Origin: a virus | Lineage: Duplodnaviria; Heunggongvirae; Uroviricota; Caudoviricetes | Strand: one strand, 5' to 3' | Virus record (IMG/VR): IMGVR_UViG_2526164631_000048 | Coordinates: 1-41,666 of that record | DNA: 41,666 nt | In this document: positions 16,518 to 26,506 of the stretch, in pieces | Layout: every line of letters starts with the position of its first letter | Numbering within the stretch: the stretch's first letter is position 1 | Made by a program: the position numbers and the translations under genes | Notes under the pieces: generated by a model | What the model saw: only the letters and a program-made list of their open reading frames with translations | Told to the model about the DNA's origin: nothing | Databases searched by the model: none

Positions 16518-16904
16518 ATGTCCGATCCGATTTCCGGTACTGGGCTGGCTGGTGGTGCCCTGACGGGTGCCAGTGTTTATGGACTGCTGACCGGAACTGA
16601 TTACGGCGTTGTATTTGGCGCATTTGCAGGGGCTGTATTCTACATAGCAACAGCAGCAGATCTGAGTGCATCGCGCCGACTGGCATATTTTATCGTGTCA
16701 TATATTGCCGGGATTCTTTGCTCTGGGTTGGTTGGCTCCAAGCTGGCGAACTTGACCGGATACAGTGATAAACCTCTGGATGCTATTGGTGCCGTAATCG
16801 TCTCTGCTTTAGCCGTTAAAATCCTGACGTTCCTGAATAATCAGGATATCGGCTCGCTGGTGGCGCTCATAACGCGCCGGGGAGGTTCAGGTGGAGCTAA
16901 ATGA
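16518..16904 (+). CDS. Putative holin (multi-TM small membrane protein)
   Basis: 128 aa; Gly/Ala-rich hydrophobic segments; first gene of lysis cassette; AGAGGGGG RBS. Confidence 0.5.
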   Translation: MSDPISGTGLAGGALTGASVYGLLTGTDYGVVFGAFAGAVFYIATAADLSASRRLAYFIVSYIAGILCSGLVGSKLANLTGYSDKPLDAIGAVIVSALAVKILTFLNNQDIGSLVALITRRGGSGGAK

Positions 16905-17172
16905 CCCGACAGCAACTATAAATGCGCTGTTATGTGCTTGTGTTGTTATTACTCTGATGTTTTATCGTCGTGGTGATTCGCGGCATCGTCCTTGGGTTTC
17001 ACGTTTAGCCTGGCTGATTACTGTTACATACAGTGCTGTTCCGTTGGCCTATCTCTGTGGGATTTATCCTCATTCCTCATGGCCCATTATCGTGGCGAAC
17101 ACTATTTTTCTTTCCGTGCTGGTGGCCGTCAGAGGCAACGTTGCACGTCTGGTTGATCATCTGAGGCACTAA
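16891..17172 (+). CDS. Putative holin/antiholin-like membrane protein
   Basis: 93 aa; GTG start after GGAGG; two hydrophobic segments; overlaps upstream holin. Confidence 0.4.
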   Translation: MELNDPTATINALLCACVVITLMFYRRGDSRHRPWVSRLAWLITVTYSAVPLAYLCGIYPHSSWPIIVANTIFLSVLVAVRGNVARLVDHLRH

Positions 17173-17786
17173 TGAACCAACAATTATTTCAAAAGGCGGC
17201 TGGTATTAGCGCCGGGCTGGCTGCGCGCTGGTTTCCGCACATTGATGCGGCGATGAAGGAATTCGGCATTACAGCACCAGCGGATCAGGCAATGTTTATT
17301 GCTCAGGTAGGCCATGAGTCGATGGGGTTTAGCGCCGTAGTTGAAAATTTTAACTACACACCATCTGCGCTTGTGGCGACGTTCGGAAAGAGGATCACAC
17401 AGCAGCAGGCTGATGCCCTTGGCAGAACATCCGGACATGCAGCTCGTCAGGATGCTATTGCCAATCTTGTGTATAGCAACCGGCTGGGTAACAAAGCACC
17501 CGGTGATGGCTGGAAATATCGCGGTAGAGGATTAATTCAAATCACTGGCCTCCATAATTATCGCATCTGTGGCGCGGCGCTGAAGTTAGATCTGGTGACT
17601 TCACCTGAACAACTGGAGCAGGATCTACAGGCCGCGCGCTCAGCTGCATGGTTCTACACATCTAAAGGCTGCATGGTCTACGGTGCCGATATTAATCGTG
17701 TTACGCGCATCATTAACGGCGGTCTGAACGGTATTGAGGATCGTAAGATTCGATACAACAAGGCGCGGGCGGCGCTGCTGGTATGA
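17172..17786 (+). CDS. Endolysin, glycoside hydrolase family 19-like
   Basis: 204 aa; GHES and WKYRGRGLIQITG..NY motifs of GH19 lysins. Confidence 0.75.
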   Translation: MNQQLFQKAAGISAGLAARWFPHIDAAMKEFGITAPADQAMFIAQVGHESMGFSAVVENFNYTPSALVATFGKRITQQQADALGRTSGHAARQDAIANLVYSNRLGNKAPGDGWKYRGRGLIQITGLHNYRICGAALKLDLVTSPEQLEQDLQAARSAAWFYTSKGCMVYGADINRVTRIINGGLNGIEDRKIRYNKARAALLV

Positions 17787-18244
17787 AGACGAGTTATTGG
17801 GCGCTCATTTTAACGTTTATTGCTTGTATTGCTGGTGGTCTTGTCTGGTCAGCTAATCATTACCACAATAAAGCCATTGAATACAAAAAACAGCGCGATG
17901 AAAACGCTATGGCATTAGATTCGGCTATGGCGACGATCTCTGATATGCAGAAGCGTCAACGTGACGTAGCAGAACTCGATGCCAGATATACAAAGGAGCT
18001 TGCTGATGCTAACGCCACTATCGAAAGTCTCCGTGCTGATGTTTCTGCTGGTCGTAAGCGCCTGCAAGTCTCCGCCACCTGTGCAAAGTCAACGACCGGA
18101 GCCAGCAGCATGGGCGATGGAGAAAGCCCAAGACTTACAGCAGATGCTGAACTCAATTATTACCGTCTCCGAAGTGGAATAGACAGGATAACCGCGCAGG
18201 TTAACTACCTGCAGGAGTACATCAGGGCTCAGTGCCTGAAATAA
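17783..18244 (+). CDS. Rz-like i-spanin
   Basis: 153 aa; N-terminal TM helix, coiled-coil periplasmic domain; follows endolysin; contains embedded ORF. Confidence 0.7.
   Translation: MKTSYWALILTFIACIAGGLVWSANHYHNKAIEYKKQRDENAMALDSAMATISDMQKRQRDVAELDARYTKELADANATIESLRADVSAGRKRLQVSATCAKSTTGASSMGDGESPRLTADAELNYYRLRSGIDRITAQVNYLQEYIRAQCLK
18006..18182 (+). CDS. Rz1-like o-spanin lipoprotein, embedded in Rz in another frame
   Basis: AAGGAG RBS 8 nt before ATG 18006; lipobox VVSAC; Pro-rich mature part. Confidence 0.6.
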   Translation: MLTPLSKVSVLMFLLVVSACKSPPPVQSQRPEPAAWAMEKAQDLQQMLNSIITVSEVE

Positions 18245-18276
18245 TTTTTTTGCAAATCACAAAGTCCATTTAATGA

Positions 18277-18299
18277 GCCTCGCGATGCGGGGCTTTTTT
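18277..18299 (+). terminator. Rho-independent terminator after lysis cassette
   Basis: gcctcgc-gat-gcggggc hairpin + T6. Confidence 0.6.
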
Positions 18300-18446
18300 A
18301 TGTCCGCAGTAAACGCGCTTCACACGCGCGACTTATGAACACAGAACCTTTCAGGATGACCCTTGAGGATGCCGGTTTGGTGATCGGTACCTTTCTGTGG
18401 GCCGGAATCCTGTGTGACAAGGTTCATCACTAAAAGGTAATTACTG

Positions 18447-18977
18447 ATGAAGTACCCAACAGTTATTGTCAATGGTGTGTCCGTTCGTGTTGATGAGGAT
18501 GGACGCTACAACTTAAACGATCTCCATGCAGCAGCAGTTGCAAATGGAGAGGCTACAGAGCAACAGCGCCCAAGCCAGTTTTTGCGTAGCGCGCAGATAA
18601 AACGCTTCATAAAAGCACTGGAGGCCAAAGTGCAAAAAAGCACTTTGGAACAAATTCAGCCACTTAAAATAATCAAAGGTGGTGCAGAACCAGGTGTGTG
18701 GGGTGTTGAACTTCTGGCAATCAGATATGCAGCATGGATTAAGCCGGAATTTGAAATCGAAGTTTATGAAGTTTTCAAAACGGTTGTCCGTCTCGGCGTT
18801 GGCGCAATGTCCCGTCTGAATAGAATCGATCACATCATCAATACTGAAACCAAAGCGATAAGCCAGTGCGCAAGCCAAATGGCTAAGTGGGGCGTTGGTG
18901 GGCGAAAAAGATTGCTTCATGTTGCACGTGAGAGAGCGGCAAATGAAGTGCAAATGTATTTGCCCGGAATGGTGTGA
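18447..18977 (+). CDS. KilA-N domain protein (second copy)
   Basis: N-terminal VNGVSVRVDEDGRYNLNDLHAAAVANG parallels 13459..14268. Confidence 0.6.
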   Translation: MKYPTVIVNGVSVRVDEDGRYNLNDLHAAAVANGEATEQQRPSQFLRSAQIKRFIKALEAKVQKSTLEQIQPLKIIKGGAEPGVWGVELLAIRYAAWIKPEFEIEVYEVFKTVVRLGVGAMSRLNRIDHIINTETKAISQCASQMAKWGVGGRKRLLHVARERAANEVQMYLPGMV

Positions 18978-19292
18978 TTTCGCAGGTTAATCCAGTTTTT
19001 GCATTACGGCAGTACAGCGAAACAACCCAAGCCAGTAAGTGGGGAAATAACACTGGCAGCCACTGAAAGATGAACCTCCAGCCTTATGGCAAAAAAGATT
19101 CTTTGTGGTGGCGGACTGATGGAAAGACATCGGTTATTGCAGAGGCCATTCAATGAGTGGTCTCGACAATGGCTTATACCCTGCACGGGATAACTTAACT
19201 GATATCCATTTTAACGGATAAACGGAGCCAATAATGGCAGAGAATGTCGGCATTATGGCAATGAAATTTGGATAAATCGGAGATTAGTACAT

Positions 19293-19643
19293 ATGCCGCC
19301 ACGAATCCCAAAAGCCTGCCGTGTTCGCGGTTGCCGCCATACCACCACAGATCCGTCAGGCTATTGTGAAAGCCACAAAAGCGAAGGCTGGAAGCAATAC
19401 AAACCTGGACAATCCCGTCATCAGCGCGGCTACGGTTCGAAGTGGGACAGTATCCGCGTGCGCATATTGAAGCGTGACAAAGGCCTGTGTCAGTTATGTC
19501 TGCGTGCTGGTGTGGTGCGTGAGGCGAAAACCGTTGACCACATCATTCCTAAAGCGCATGGCGGCACTGATGCCGACAGTAATCTGCAGAGTCTGTGCTG
19601 GCCCTGCCATAAGGCGAAGACGGCCCGTGAACGGTTAAAGTGA
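19293..19643 (+). CDS. HNH endonuclease (terminase-associated)
   Basis: CRVRGC...C, DHIIPKAHGG, CWPCH motifs; directly upstream of terminase small subunit. Confidence 0.7.
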   Translation: MPPRIPKACRVRGCRHTTTDPSGYCESHKSEGWKQYKPGQSRHQRGYGSKWDSIRVRILKRDKGLCQLCLRAGVVREAKTVDHIIPKAHGGTDADSNLQSLCWPCHKAKTARERLK

Positions 19644-19768
19644 TAATAATTCTCAACTGTCTGAGGGGAGGGGCGGGTCAAATCCCTGTGACCTGACGTC
19701 TTCCGGACTGCCCGCCCCATCGTTTTTTTATACCCGCGAAAAATGAAATTTAACCAGGAGTGCCGCAT

Positions 19769-20263
19769 ATGGCTGGAACGGCGGGGCGTTCCGGGCGTCG
19801 CCCCAAGCCAACGGCGCGCAAGGCGCTGGCCGGAAACCCCGGCAAGCGAGCCCTGAATAAAGATGAACCTGTTTTTACGCCCATCAAAGGTGTTGAGCCA
19901 CCGGAGTGGTTCGCTGAAGAAGATCTCCCTCTCGCTACGATCATGTGGCAACTGACAACTAAAGAACTCTGCGGTCAGGGCCTGCTGTGCGTGACTGACC
20001 TTGCGGTGCTTGAGCGGTGGTGCGTGGCCTACGAGTTCTGGCGACGTGCCGTGAAAAATATTGCCAGACAGGGCAACACCATCACCGGTGCAATGGGCGG
20101 CAGGGTCAAAAATCCGGAGCTGACTGCCAAAAAAGAACAGGAGTCCGAGATGAGCAGTACGGGGGCAATGCTCGGACTCGACCCCAGCAGCCGCCAGCGT
20201 CTGATTGGCCTGGCGGGGAAGAAGAAAGCCACTAACCCGTTTCTGAAAATTATCGAATCATGA
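19769..20263 (+). CDS. Terminase small subunit (P27-like)
   Basis: AGGAG RBS 8 nt before ATG 19769; position before large terminase. Confidence 0.6.
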   Translation: MAGTAGRSGRRPKPTARKALAGNPGKRALNKDEPVFTPIKGVEPPEWFAEEDLPLATIMWQLTTKELCGQGLLCVTDLAVLERWCVAYEFWRRAVKNIARQGNTITGAMGGRVKNPELTAKKEQESEMSSTGAMLGLDPSSRQRLIGLAGKKKATNPFLKIIES

Positions 20264-21992
20264 GCCGGAAATCTTACCCCAACGTAAATGCTGCCAATCA
20301 GTATGCCCGTGATGTCGTGCGCGGAAAGATTGTGGCCTGCCAGTTTGTGATTCAGGCCTGCCAGCGCCATCTTGATGACCTGATGGCGGAAAAAGTAAGT
20401 CGTTTCGTTACCGCTTCGACAAGGACCTGGCTGAACGGGCCGCCAAATTTATTCAGCTGTTGCCGCACACCAAGGGTGAGTGGGCATTCAAGAGGATGCC
20501 CATCACGCTGGAGCCGTGGCAGCTATTTGTGGTCTGCTGTGCGTTTGGCTGGGTCAATAAAGGGTCCCGGCTGCGCCGCTTCCGGGAGGTGTATACCGAA
20601 ATCCCCCGTAAGAACGGCAAATCGGCAATCTCTGCCGGTGTTGCCCTGTATTGTTTTGCCTGTGATAACGAGTTCGGCGCGGAAGTGTATTCCGGTGCCA
20701 CGACAGAGAAACAGGCGTGGGAAGTCTTTCGCCCGGCGCGACTGATGTGTAAACGCACCCCCATGCTGACGGAAGCGTTCGGGATTGAGGTTAACGCCTC
20801 AAACATGAACCGTCCGGAGGATGGCGCGCGGTTTGAACCGCTGATCGGCAACCCAGGTGATGGTTCATCACCCCACTGTGCCGTGGTTGATGAATATCAC
20901 GAGCATGCCACCGATGCGCTTTATACCACAATGCTTACCGGGATGGGGGCGCGACGTCAGCCACTGATGTGGGCCATCACCACCGCCGGGTACAACATTG
21001 AGGGGCCGTGCTACGACAAGCGGCGGGAAGTCATCGAGATGCTCAACGGCTCGGTGCCTAACGATGAACTGTTCGGGATCATCTATACCGTTGATGAAGG
21101 TGACGACTGGACCGACCCGCAGGTGCTGGAAAAAGCCAATCCAAATATTGGCGTGTCGGTTTATCGCGAATTTTTGTTAAGTCAGCAGCAGCGTGCGAAA
21201 AATAACGCCCGTCTGGCAAACGTCTTTAAAACAAAACACCTCAATATCTGGGTGTCGGCGCGTTCGGCGTATTTCAACCTGGTGAGCTGGCAGAGCTGCG
21301 AGGATAAATCACTGACCCTTGAGCAGTTCGAGGGGCAGCCGTGCATTCTGGCCTTTGACCTGGCGCGTAAGCTGGATATGAACAGCATGGCGCGACTTTA
21401 TACCCGCGAGATTGACGGTAAAACGCATTACTACAGTGTGGCCCCGCGCTTCTGGGTACCGTATGACACGGTGTACAGCGTCGAGAAAAATGAAGATAGA
21501 CGGACAGCCGAACGCTTTCAGAAATGGGTGGAAATGGGCGTCCTGACCGTTACCGATGGTGCAGAGGTGGATTATCGCTACATCCTCGAGGAGGCCAAAG
21601 CGGCGAACAAAATCAGCCCGGTCAGTGAGTCACCCATCGACCCCTTCGGGGCGACCGGGCTGTCACATGACCTTGCTGATGAAGATCTGAATCCCGTCAC
21701 TATCGTCCAGAACTTCGCCAATATGTCCGATCCGATGAAAGAGCTGGAAGCAGCGATTGAATCGGGACGCTTTCATCATGACGGCAATCCCATCATGACC
21801 TGGTGTATCGGCAATGTGGTCGGCAAAAACATGCCAGGTAACGATGATTTAGTGAAGCCCGTCAAGGAGCAGGCGGAAAACAAAATCGATGGTGCGGTTG
21901 CACTGATTATGACGATCGGTCGGGCAATGCTCAAAGAACCTGACGATTTCCTCTCATCTCTTGATCCGGACGATGATCTCTTAATTCTATGA
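20260..21992 (+). CDS. Terminase large subunit, reading frame interrupted at an A5 run near 20390..20394 (N-terminal ~44 aa in one frame, remainder in another)
   Basis: Protein-like N-terminus in the 20260 frame turns to junk after MAEK; the other frame opens at 20379 and continues as ...[27 protein letters not shown]... with DEYHEH motif; one extra A would fuse them. Confidence 0.7.
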
Positions 21993-22150
21993 AATCACTA
22001 ATTGCTGATGTTATCGGGCTGGCTGGTTTTGGCCTGCTTACGTGCGGGGTTTACCTGCAGTTTGGTATGGCTCCGGCTCTGATTTTGTCCGGTGCTTTAC
22101 TGCTGGTGGGCGCACTGGCTATGGCCAGAAGGGGGACGCGTGCTGCTTGA
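21989..22150 (+). CDS. Small hydrophobic protein (53 aa)
   Basis: ATG overlaps terminase stop (ATGA); two predicted hydrophobic segments. Confidence 0.3.
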   Translation: MKSLIADVIGLAGFGLLTCGVYLQFGMAPALILSGALLLVGALAMARRGTRAA

Positions 22151-23366
22151 TGCTCTGTTCAGAAGTAAATCACTGGAGAATCCTTCCACCCCGATAACCG
22201 GTGATGCCGTTGATACTGATGGGCTGTTCCGGGCAGACGTTTATGTCAGTCCTGAGACTGCGATGAAACTGGCTGCGGTGTATTCCTGTATCTATGTCCT
22301 GTCTTCCAGCCTTGCCCAGATGCCGTTGCATGTTATGCGCAGGCACAAGGGGAAGGTTGAACCCGCACGCGATCATCCGGCGTTTTATCTGGTTCATGAT
22401 GAGCCCAATACCTGGCAAACCAGCTACAAATGGCGCGAACTGAAGCAACGTCACATCCTTGGCTGGGGGAATGGGTATACCTGGGTGAAACGTAATCGTC
22501 GCGGTGAAGTTATATCCCTGGATTGCTGTATGCCGTGGGAAACGACGCTGATGAATACTGGTGGCCGATATACCTACGGTTTGTACAACGAATATGGGGC
22601 GTTTGCGATCAGTCCGGACGATATGATCCACATCCGTGCGCTGGGTAATAATCAGAAGATGGGGCTGAGTCCGATTATGCAACATGCCGAAACAATAGGC
22701 ATGGGGATGAGCGGTCAGAAGTACACAGAAAGCTTCTTCAGCGGTAATGCCCGTCCGGCGGGGATAGTATCCGTTAAAAGCGGACTCAATAAGGAAAGCT
22801 GGGGCTGGCTTAAAGATCAGTGGCAGAAGGCATCGCAGGCGTTACGCCGCCAGGAAAACAAAACCATGCTGCTGCCAGCCGATCTGGATTACAAGGCACT
22901 GACTGTGTCGCCAGTTGACGCTCAGATCATTGACATGATGAAGCTGAACCGTTCAATGATCGCCGGTATTTTCAATATTCCTGCGCACATGATTAATGAC
23001 CTCGAAAAAGCCACCTTCTCCAATATTTCTGCGCAGGCGATTCAGTTTGTCCGCTACACGATGATGCCGTGGGTGACGAACTGGGAGCAGGAGCTTAACC
23101 GTCGCTTGTTTACCCGCGCTGAGTTAGCCGCCGGGTATTACGTCAGGTTCAATCTGACGGGGCTTTTACGCGGAACTCCGCAGGAGCGCGCGCAATTCTA
23201 TCACTTCGCTATTACCGATGGATGGATGAGCCGTAATGAGGCCCGCGCATTCGAGGATATGAATCCGGTTGAAGGGCTGGACGAGATGCTGGTAAGCGTG
23301 AATGCTGCTAACCCGGCAGGAGATTTTAAGCCCCCAAAAAACGATGAGGGAAAAACCAATGAATGA
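22140..23366 (+). CDS. Portal protein (HK97 family)
   Basis: ~410 aa; start uncertain (GTG 22140 or GTG 22092); position after terminase. Confidence 0.75.
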   Translation: MLLDALFRSKSLENPSTPITGDAVDTDGLFRADVYVSPETAMKLAAVYSCIYVLSSSLAQMPLHVMRRHKGKVEPARDHPAFYLVHDEPNTWQTSYKWRELKQRHILGWGNGYTWVKRNRRGEVISLDCCMPWETTLMNTGGRYTYGLYNEYGAFAISPDDMIHIRALGNNQKMGLSPIMQHAETIGMGMSGQKYTESFFSGNARPAGIVSVKSGLNKESWGWLKDQWQKASQALRRQENKTMLLPADLDYKALTVSPVDAQIIDMMKLNRSMIAGIFNIPAHMINDLEKATFSNISAQAIQFVRYTMMPWVTNWEQELNRRLFTRAELAAGYYVRFNLTGLLRGTPQERAQFYHFAITDGWMSRNEARAFEDMNPVEGLDEMLVSVNAANPAGDFKPPKNDEGKTNE

Positions 23367-23961
23367 CCGTGAAATCCGTTGTTACAGCGGTGAGGTGCGT
23401 GCTGAGAGGCATGACGATAACCCGGCGCACATTATCGGTTATGGATCGGTGTTTGACTGTCGTTCTGAGCTGATATTCGGTTCATTCCGCGAAATCATCC
23501 GGCCCGGCGCTTTTGACGATGTGCTTGGTGATGATGTACGCGCACTGTTTAACCACGATCCTAATTTTATTCTTGGGCGTAGTGCAGCAGGCACGCTGAA
23601 TCTTTCAGTTGATGAGCGCGGATTACGCTATGACATCCAGGCTCCGGAGACACAGACCATTCGTGATCTGGTGCTGGCCCCGATGCAACGTGGAGATATT
23701 AACCAGTCATCTTTCGCTTTCCGTGTCGCCCGTGACGGTGAGGAGTGGTATCAGGATGAGGACGGGGTTGTTATTCGCGAGATAACCCGCTTTTCCCGTC
23801 TGCTGGATGTCAGTCCTGTGACATATCCTGCCTATCAGGAGGCTGACTCGGCTGTTCGCTCCATGAAAGCATGGCAGGAGGCGCGCAACAGCGGCGCGCT
23901 ACAGAAAGCCATTAATCAACGTATGGCGCGTGAACGCGTCCTGACCCTTCTTAACGCGTAA
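23359..23961 (+). CDS. Prohead maturation protease (HK97 family)
   Basis: ATG 23359 with GAGGG RBS; ~200 aa; between portal and major capsid. Confidence 0.7.
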   Translation: MNDREIRCYSGEVRAERHDDNPAHIIGYGSVFDCRSELIFGSFREIIRPGAFDDVLGDDVRALFNHDPNFILGRSAAGTLNLSVDERGLRYDIQAPETQTIRDLVLAPMQRGDINQSSFAFRVARDGEEWYQDEDGVVIREITRFSRLLDVSPVTYPAYQEADSAVRSMKAWQEARNSGALQKAINQRMARERVLTLLNA

Positions 23962-23971
23962 AGGAAACATC

Positions 23972-25201
23972 ATGAAACTGCATGAACTGAAACAGAAACG
24001 TAATACTATCGCAACTGACATGCGCGCCCTGAATGAAAAAATTGGTGATAACGCATGGACGGAAGAGCAGCGCACTGAGTGGAACAAAGCAAAATCCGAA
24101 CTGGAAGCGCTTGATGAACGAATTGCACGCGAAGAAGAACTGCGTCGTCAGGATCAGGCGTACATTGAAAGCAATGAGGAAGAGCAGCGTCAGAATCTTG
24201 ATCCGGAAAACAATTCGCAACAGGATGAGAAACGAGCTCAGGTTTTTGATAAGTGGATGCGTCACGGTGCCAGTGAGCTGACATCAGAAGAGCGAAAGGC
24301 GTTGCGTGAACTTCGTGCCCAGGGTGTAGCTCAGGATGAAAAGGGCGGATATACCGTACCAGAAACATTCCTGGCGAAAGTTGTTGAGAAGATGAAATCC
24401 TACGGTGGCATCGCCAGTGTGGCGCAGATTCTGACCACTTCTGACGGTCGCACCATGGAGTGGGCAACAGCTGATGGTACTTCCGAAGTTGGTGTTCTGC
24501 TGGGCGAAAATGAAGAAGCCGGTGAAGAAGACACCGATTTCGGTATGGGAAGTCTTGGGGCGCTCAAAATGACATCGAAAATCATTCGTGTGTCTAATGA
24601 GTTGCTGCAGGACAGCGCGATCGATATGGAAGCTTATCTTGCCCGTCGCATTGCTGAACGTATTGGTCGTGGTGAAGCCCGTTATCTGATTCAGGGGACT
24701 GGTGCTGGTACGCCTAAACAACCCAAAGGGCTGGCAGCATCAGTGACCGGCACAACACAGACTGCCGCGGCAAATGCGGTGAAGTGGCAGGAAATTCTGG
24801 CTCTGAAACACAGCATTGATCCTGCATATCGTCGCGGACCGAAATTCCGCCTGGCATTTAACGATAATACGCTGAAACTGATCAGTGAGATGGAAGACGG
24901 TCAGGGACGCCCTTTATGGTTGCCGGATATTGTTGGTGTGGCACCTGCTTCAGTGTTGAATGTACCTTATGTCATTGATCAGGAAATTGATGATATCGGG
25001 GCGGGTAAAAAATTCATGTTCTGTGGTGACTTTGATCGCTTCATTATCCGTCGTGTGCGATACATGATTCTTAAACGTCTGGTTGAGCGTTACGCGGAAT
25101 ATGATCAGACCGGTTTTCTGGCCTTCCATCGTTTTGACTGTATCCTGGAAGACACCTCTGCCATTAAAGCGCTGGTGGGGAAAGGTAGCGTTGGTGGTTG
25201 A
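23972..25201 (+). CDS. Major capsid protein (HK97 fold family)
   Basis: 409 aa; N-terminal coiled-coil delta-like domain then capsid body; followed by terminator. Confidence 0.8.
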   Translation: MKLHELKQKRNTIATDMRALNEKIGDNAWTEEQRTEWNKAKSELEALDERIAREEELRRQDQAYIESNEEEQRQNLDPENNSQQDEKRAQVFDKWMRHGASELTSEERKALRELRAQGVAQDEKGGYTVPETFLAKVVEKMKSYGGIASVAQILTTSDGRTMEWATADGTSEVGVLLGENEEAGEEDTDFGMGSLGALKMTSKIIRVSNELLQDSAIDMEAYLARRIAERIGRGEARYLIQGTGAGTPKQPKGLAASVTGTTQTAAANAVKWQEILALKHSIDPAYRRGPKFRLAFNDNTLKLISEMEDGQGRPLWLPDIVGVAPASVLNVPYVIDQEIDDIGAGKKFMFCGDFDRFIIRRVRYMILKRLVERYAEYDQTGFLAFHRFDCILEDTSAIKALVGKGSVGG

Positions 25202-25225
25202 TTAGTCTTTTTACGTAATACAGCA

Positions 25226-25247
25226 CGCCGCGTAATGCGGTTTTTTT
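25226..25247 (+). terminator. Weak terminator after capsid gene (short GC stem + T7), followed by an 8-bp hairpin 25248..25269
   Basis: ccgc-gtaat-gcgg then TTTTTTT; second perfect hairpin gtgcccgc/gcgggcac just before next RBS. Confidence 0.35.
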
Positions 25248-25279
25248 GTGCCCGCGTTCTGGCGGGCACAGGAGGTTTT

Positions 25280-25603
25280 ATGCTGTTAAAAATGGAAGAG
25301 ATTAAGCTTCAGCTTCGTCTGGATGATGATTTCTCTGATGAAGATGAGTTGCTTGAACTACTTGGGAAGGCCGCTCAGAGTCGGACGGAAAACTTCCTTA
25401 ACCGTACGTTGTATGCAACCGCAGATGACAGGCCTGCGGATGATCCTGATGGGCTTGTGATATCTGATGATGTGAAGCTGGCGCTCCTGCTACTTGTCAG
25501 CCATTTCTACGAAAACCGCTCAACGGTTACAGACGTTGAGAAAATGGAGTTGCCAATGAGCTTTAACTGGTTGGTTGCTCCTTATCGCCTTATACCACTA
25601 TGA
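25280..25603 (+). CDS. Head-tail connector (gp6-like)
   Basis: AGGAGG RBS; ~107 aa; position after capsid. Confidence 0.55.
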   Translation: MLLKMEEIKLQLRLDDDFSDEDELLELLGKAAQSRTENFLNRTLYATADDRPADDPDGLVISDDVKLALLLLVSHFYENRSTVTDVEKMELPMSFNWLVAPYRLIPL

Positions 25604-26010
25604 AAATTCGTCAGGCGCAGACCAGCGCAACCTACATTCTGCCTGACCCCGGCGAGCTGAATAAACGCGTCCTGATCCGCCAGCGGGTGGATATGCCCGC
25701 GGATAACTTTGGCGTGGAGCCTCAATACCCGGTTGTGTTCCGGGCATGGGCGAAGGTTATCCAGACCAGTGCCACCACCTGGCAGGAAACAGCGCAGATC
25801 GGAGATGCCATCACCCATTACATCACCATTCGCTACCGCCGGGGGATCACTGCTGATTATGAGGTGGTCTGTGATGACAGTGTGTACCGGGTGAAACGTC
25901 AGCGTGATCTGAACGGGGCGCGGCGCTTTCTGCTGCTGGAGTGTACGGAACTGGGTGCCGAAGAACAAATGGGAGGACGCAGTGGAGCAGACAGCATTTT
26001 TACACGTTGA
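25600..26010 (+). CDS. Head closure / head-tail adaptor protein
   Basis: 136 aa; position in head-tail joining block. Confidence 0.45.
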   Translation: MKIRQAQTSATYILPDPGELNKRVLIRQRVDMPADNFGVEPQYPVVFRAWAKVIQTSATTWQETAQIGDAITHYITIRYRRGITADYEVVCDDSVYRVKRQRDLNGARRFLLLECTELGAEEQMGGRSGADSIFTR

Positions 26011-26506
26011 TTTCAAACAACCGGAGGAGATGGAGTTTAATCGTGCCAGGCTCCGAAAGGCATTTGTTCAAATCGGGCGTGTCTATATGCGTGATGCCCG
26101 GCGGCTGGTGATGCGGCGTGGTCGGTCTGCTCCAGGTGAAAACCCCGGCTATCAGACCGGACGACTTGCGCGTTCTATAGGTTATTACGTCCCCCGTAAA
26201 AGCTCCCGTCGTTCTGGCCTGATGGTCAGGATTTCCCCTAACCAGAAAAACGGGCAGGGTAACCGGCGTTTTCCTGAAGGTTCTGCGTATTATCCGGCGT
26301 TTCTGTATTACGGTGTGCGTTATGCCGCATACGGGATGAGCAAAAAGGATAAGCGCCAGAAAAAGCAGCATTCATCCCGCTGGCGGCTGGCACCACGTAA
26401 TAACTTTATGGCTGATGTCATCGACCAGCGTCGTTACTGGACACAAAAGTTACTGTCCCGTGAGTTACAGCGGTCATTACGTCCTGTAAGAAGGAAAAAA
26501 ACATGA
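25955..26506 (+). CDS. HK97 gp10-like neck/tail component (start uncertain, possibly GTG 25982)
   Basis: Basic ~175 aa protein overlapping the previous gene. Confidence 0.45.
   Translation: MPKNKWEDAVEQTAFLHVDFKQPEEMEFNRARLRKAFVQIGRVYMRDARRLVMRRGRSAPGENPGYQTGRLARSIGYYVPRKSSRRSGLMVRISPNQKNGQGNRRFPEGSAYYPAFLYYGVRYAAYGMSKKDKRQKKQHSSRWRLAPRNNFMADVIDQRRYWTQKLLSRELQRSLRPVRRKKT

Noticed and set aside
20379-20460. Programmed ribosomal frameshift in the terminase large subunit
   Set aside because: No slippery X-XXY-YYZ heptamer and no precedent known to me for terminase genes; a 1-nt loss in an A-run (error or mutation) is the simpler explanation.
22170-22685. 171-aa minus-strand ORF inside the portal gene
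   Set aside because: Antisense shadow ORF within a strongly supported structural gene.
24006-24467. 153-aa minus-strand ORF inside the major capsid gene (also 24284..24721)
   Set aside because: Antisense to the major capsid gene; no RBS.
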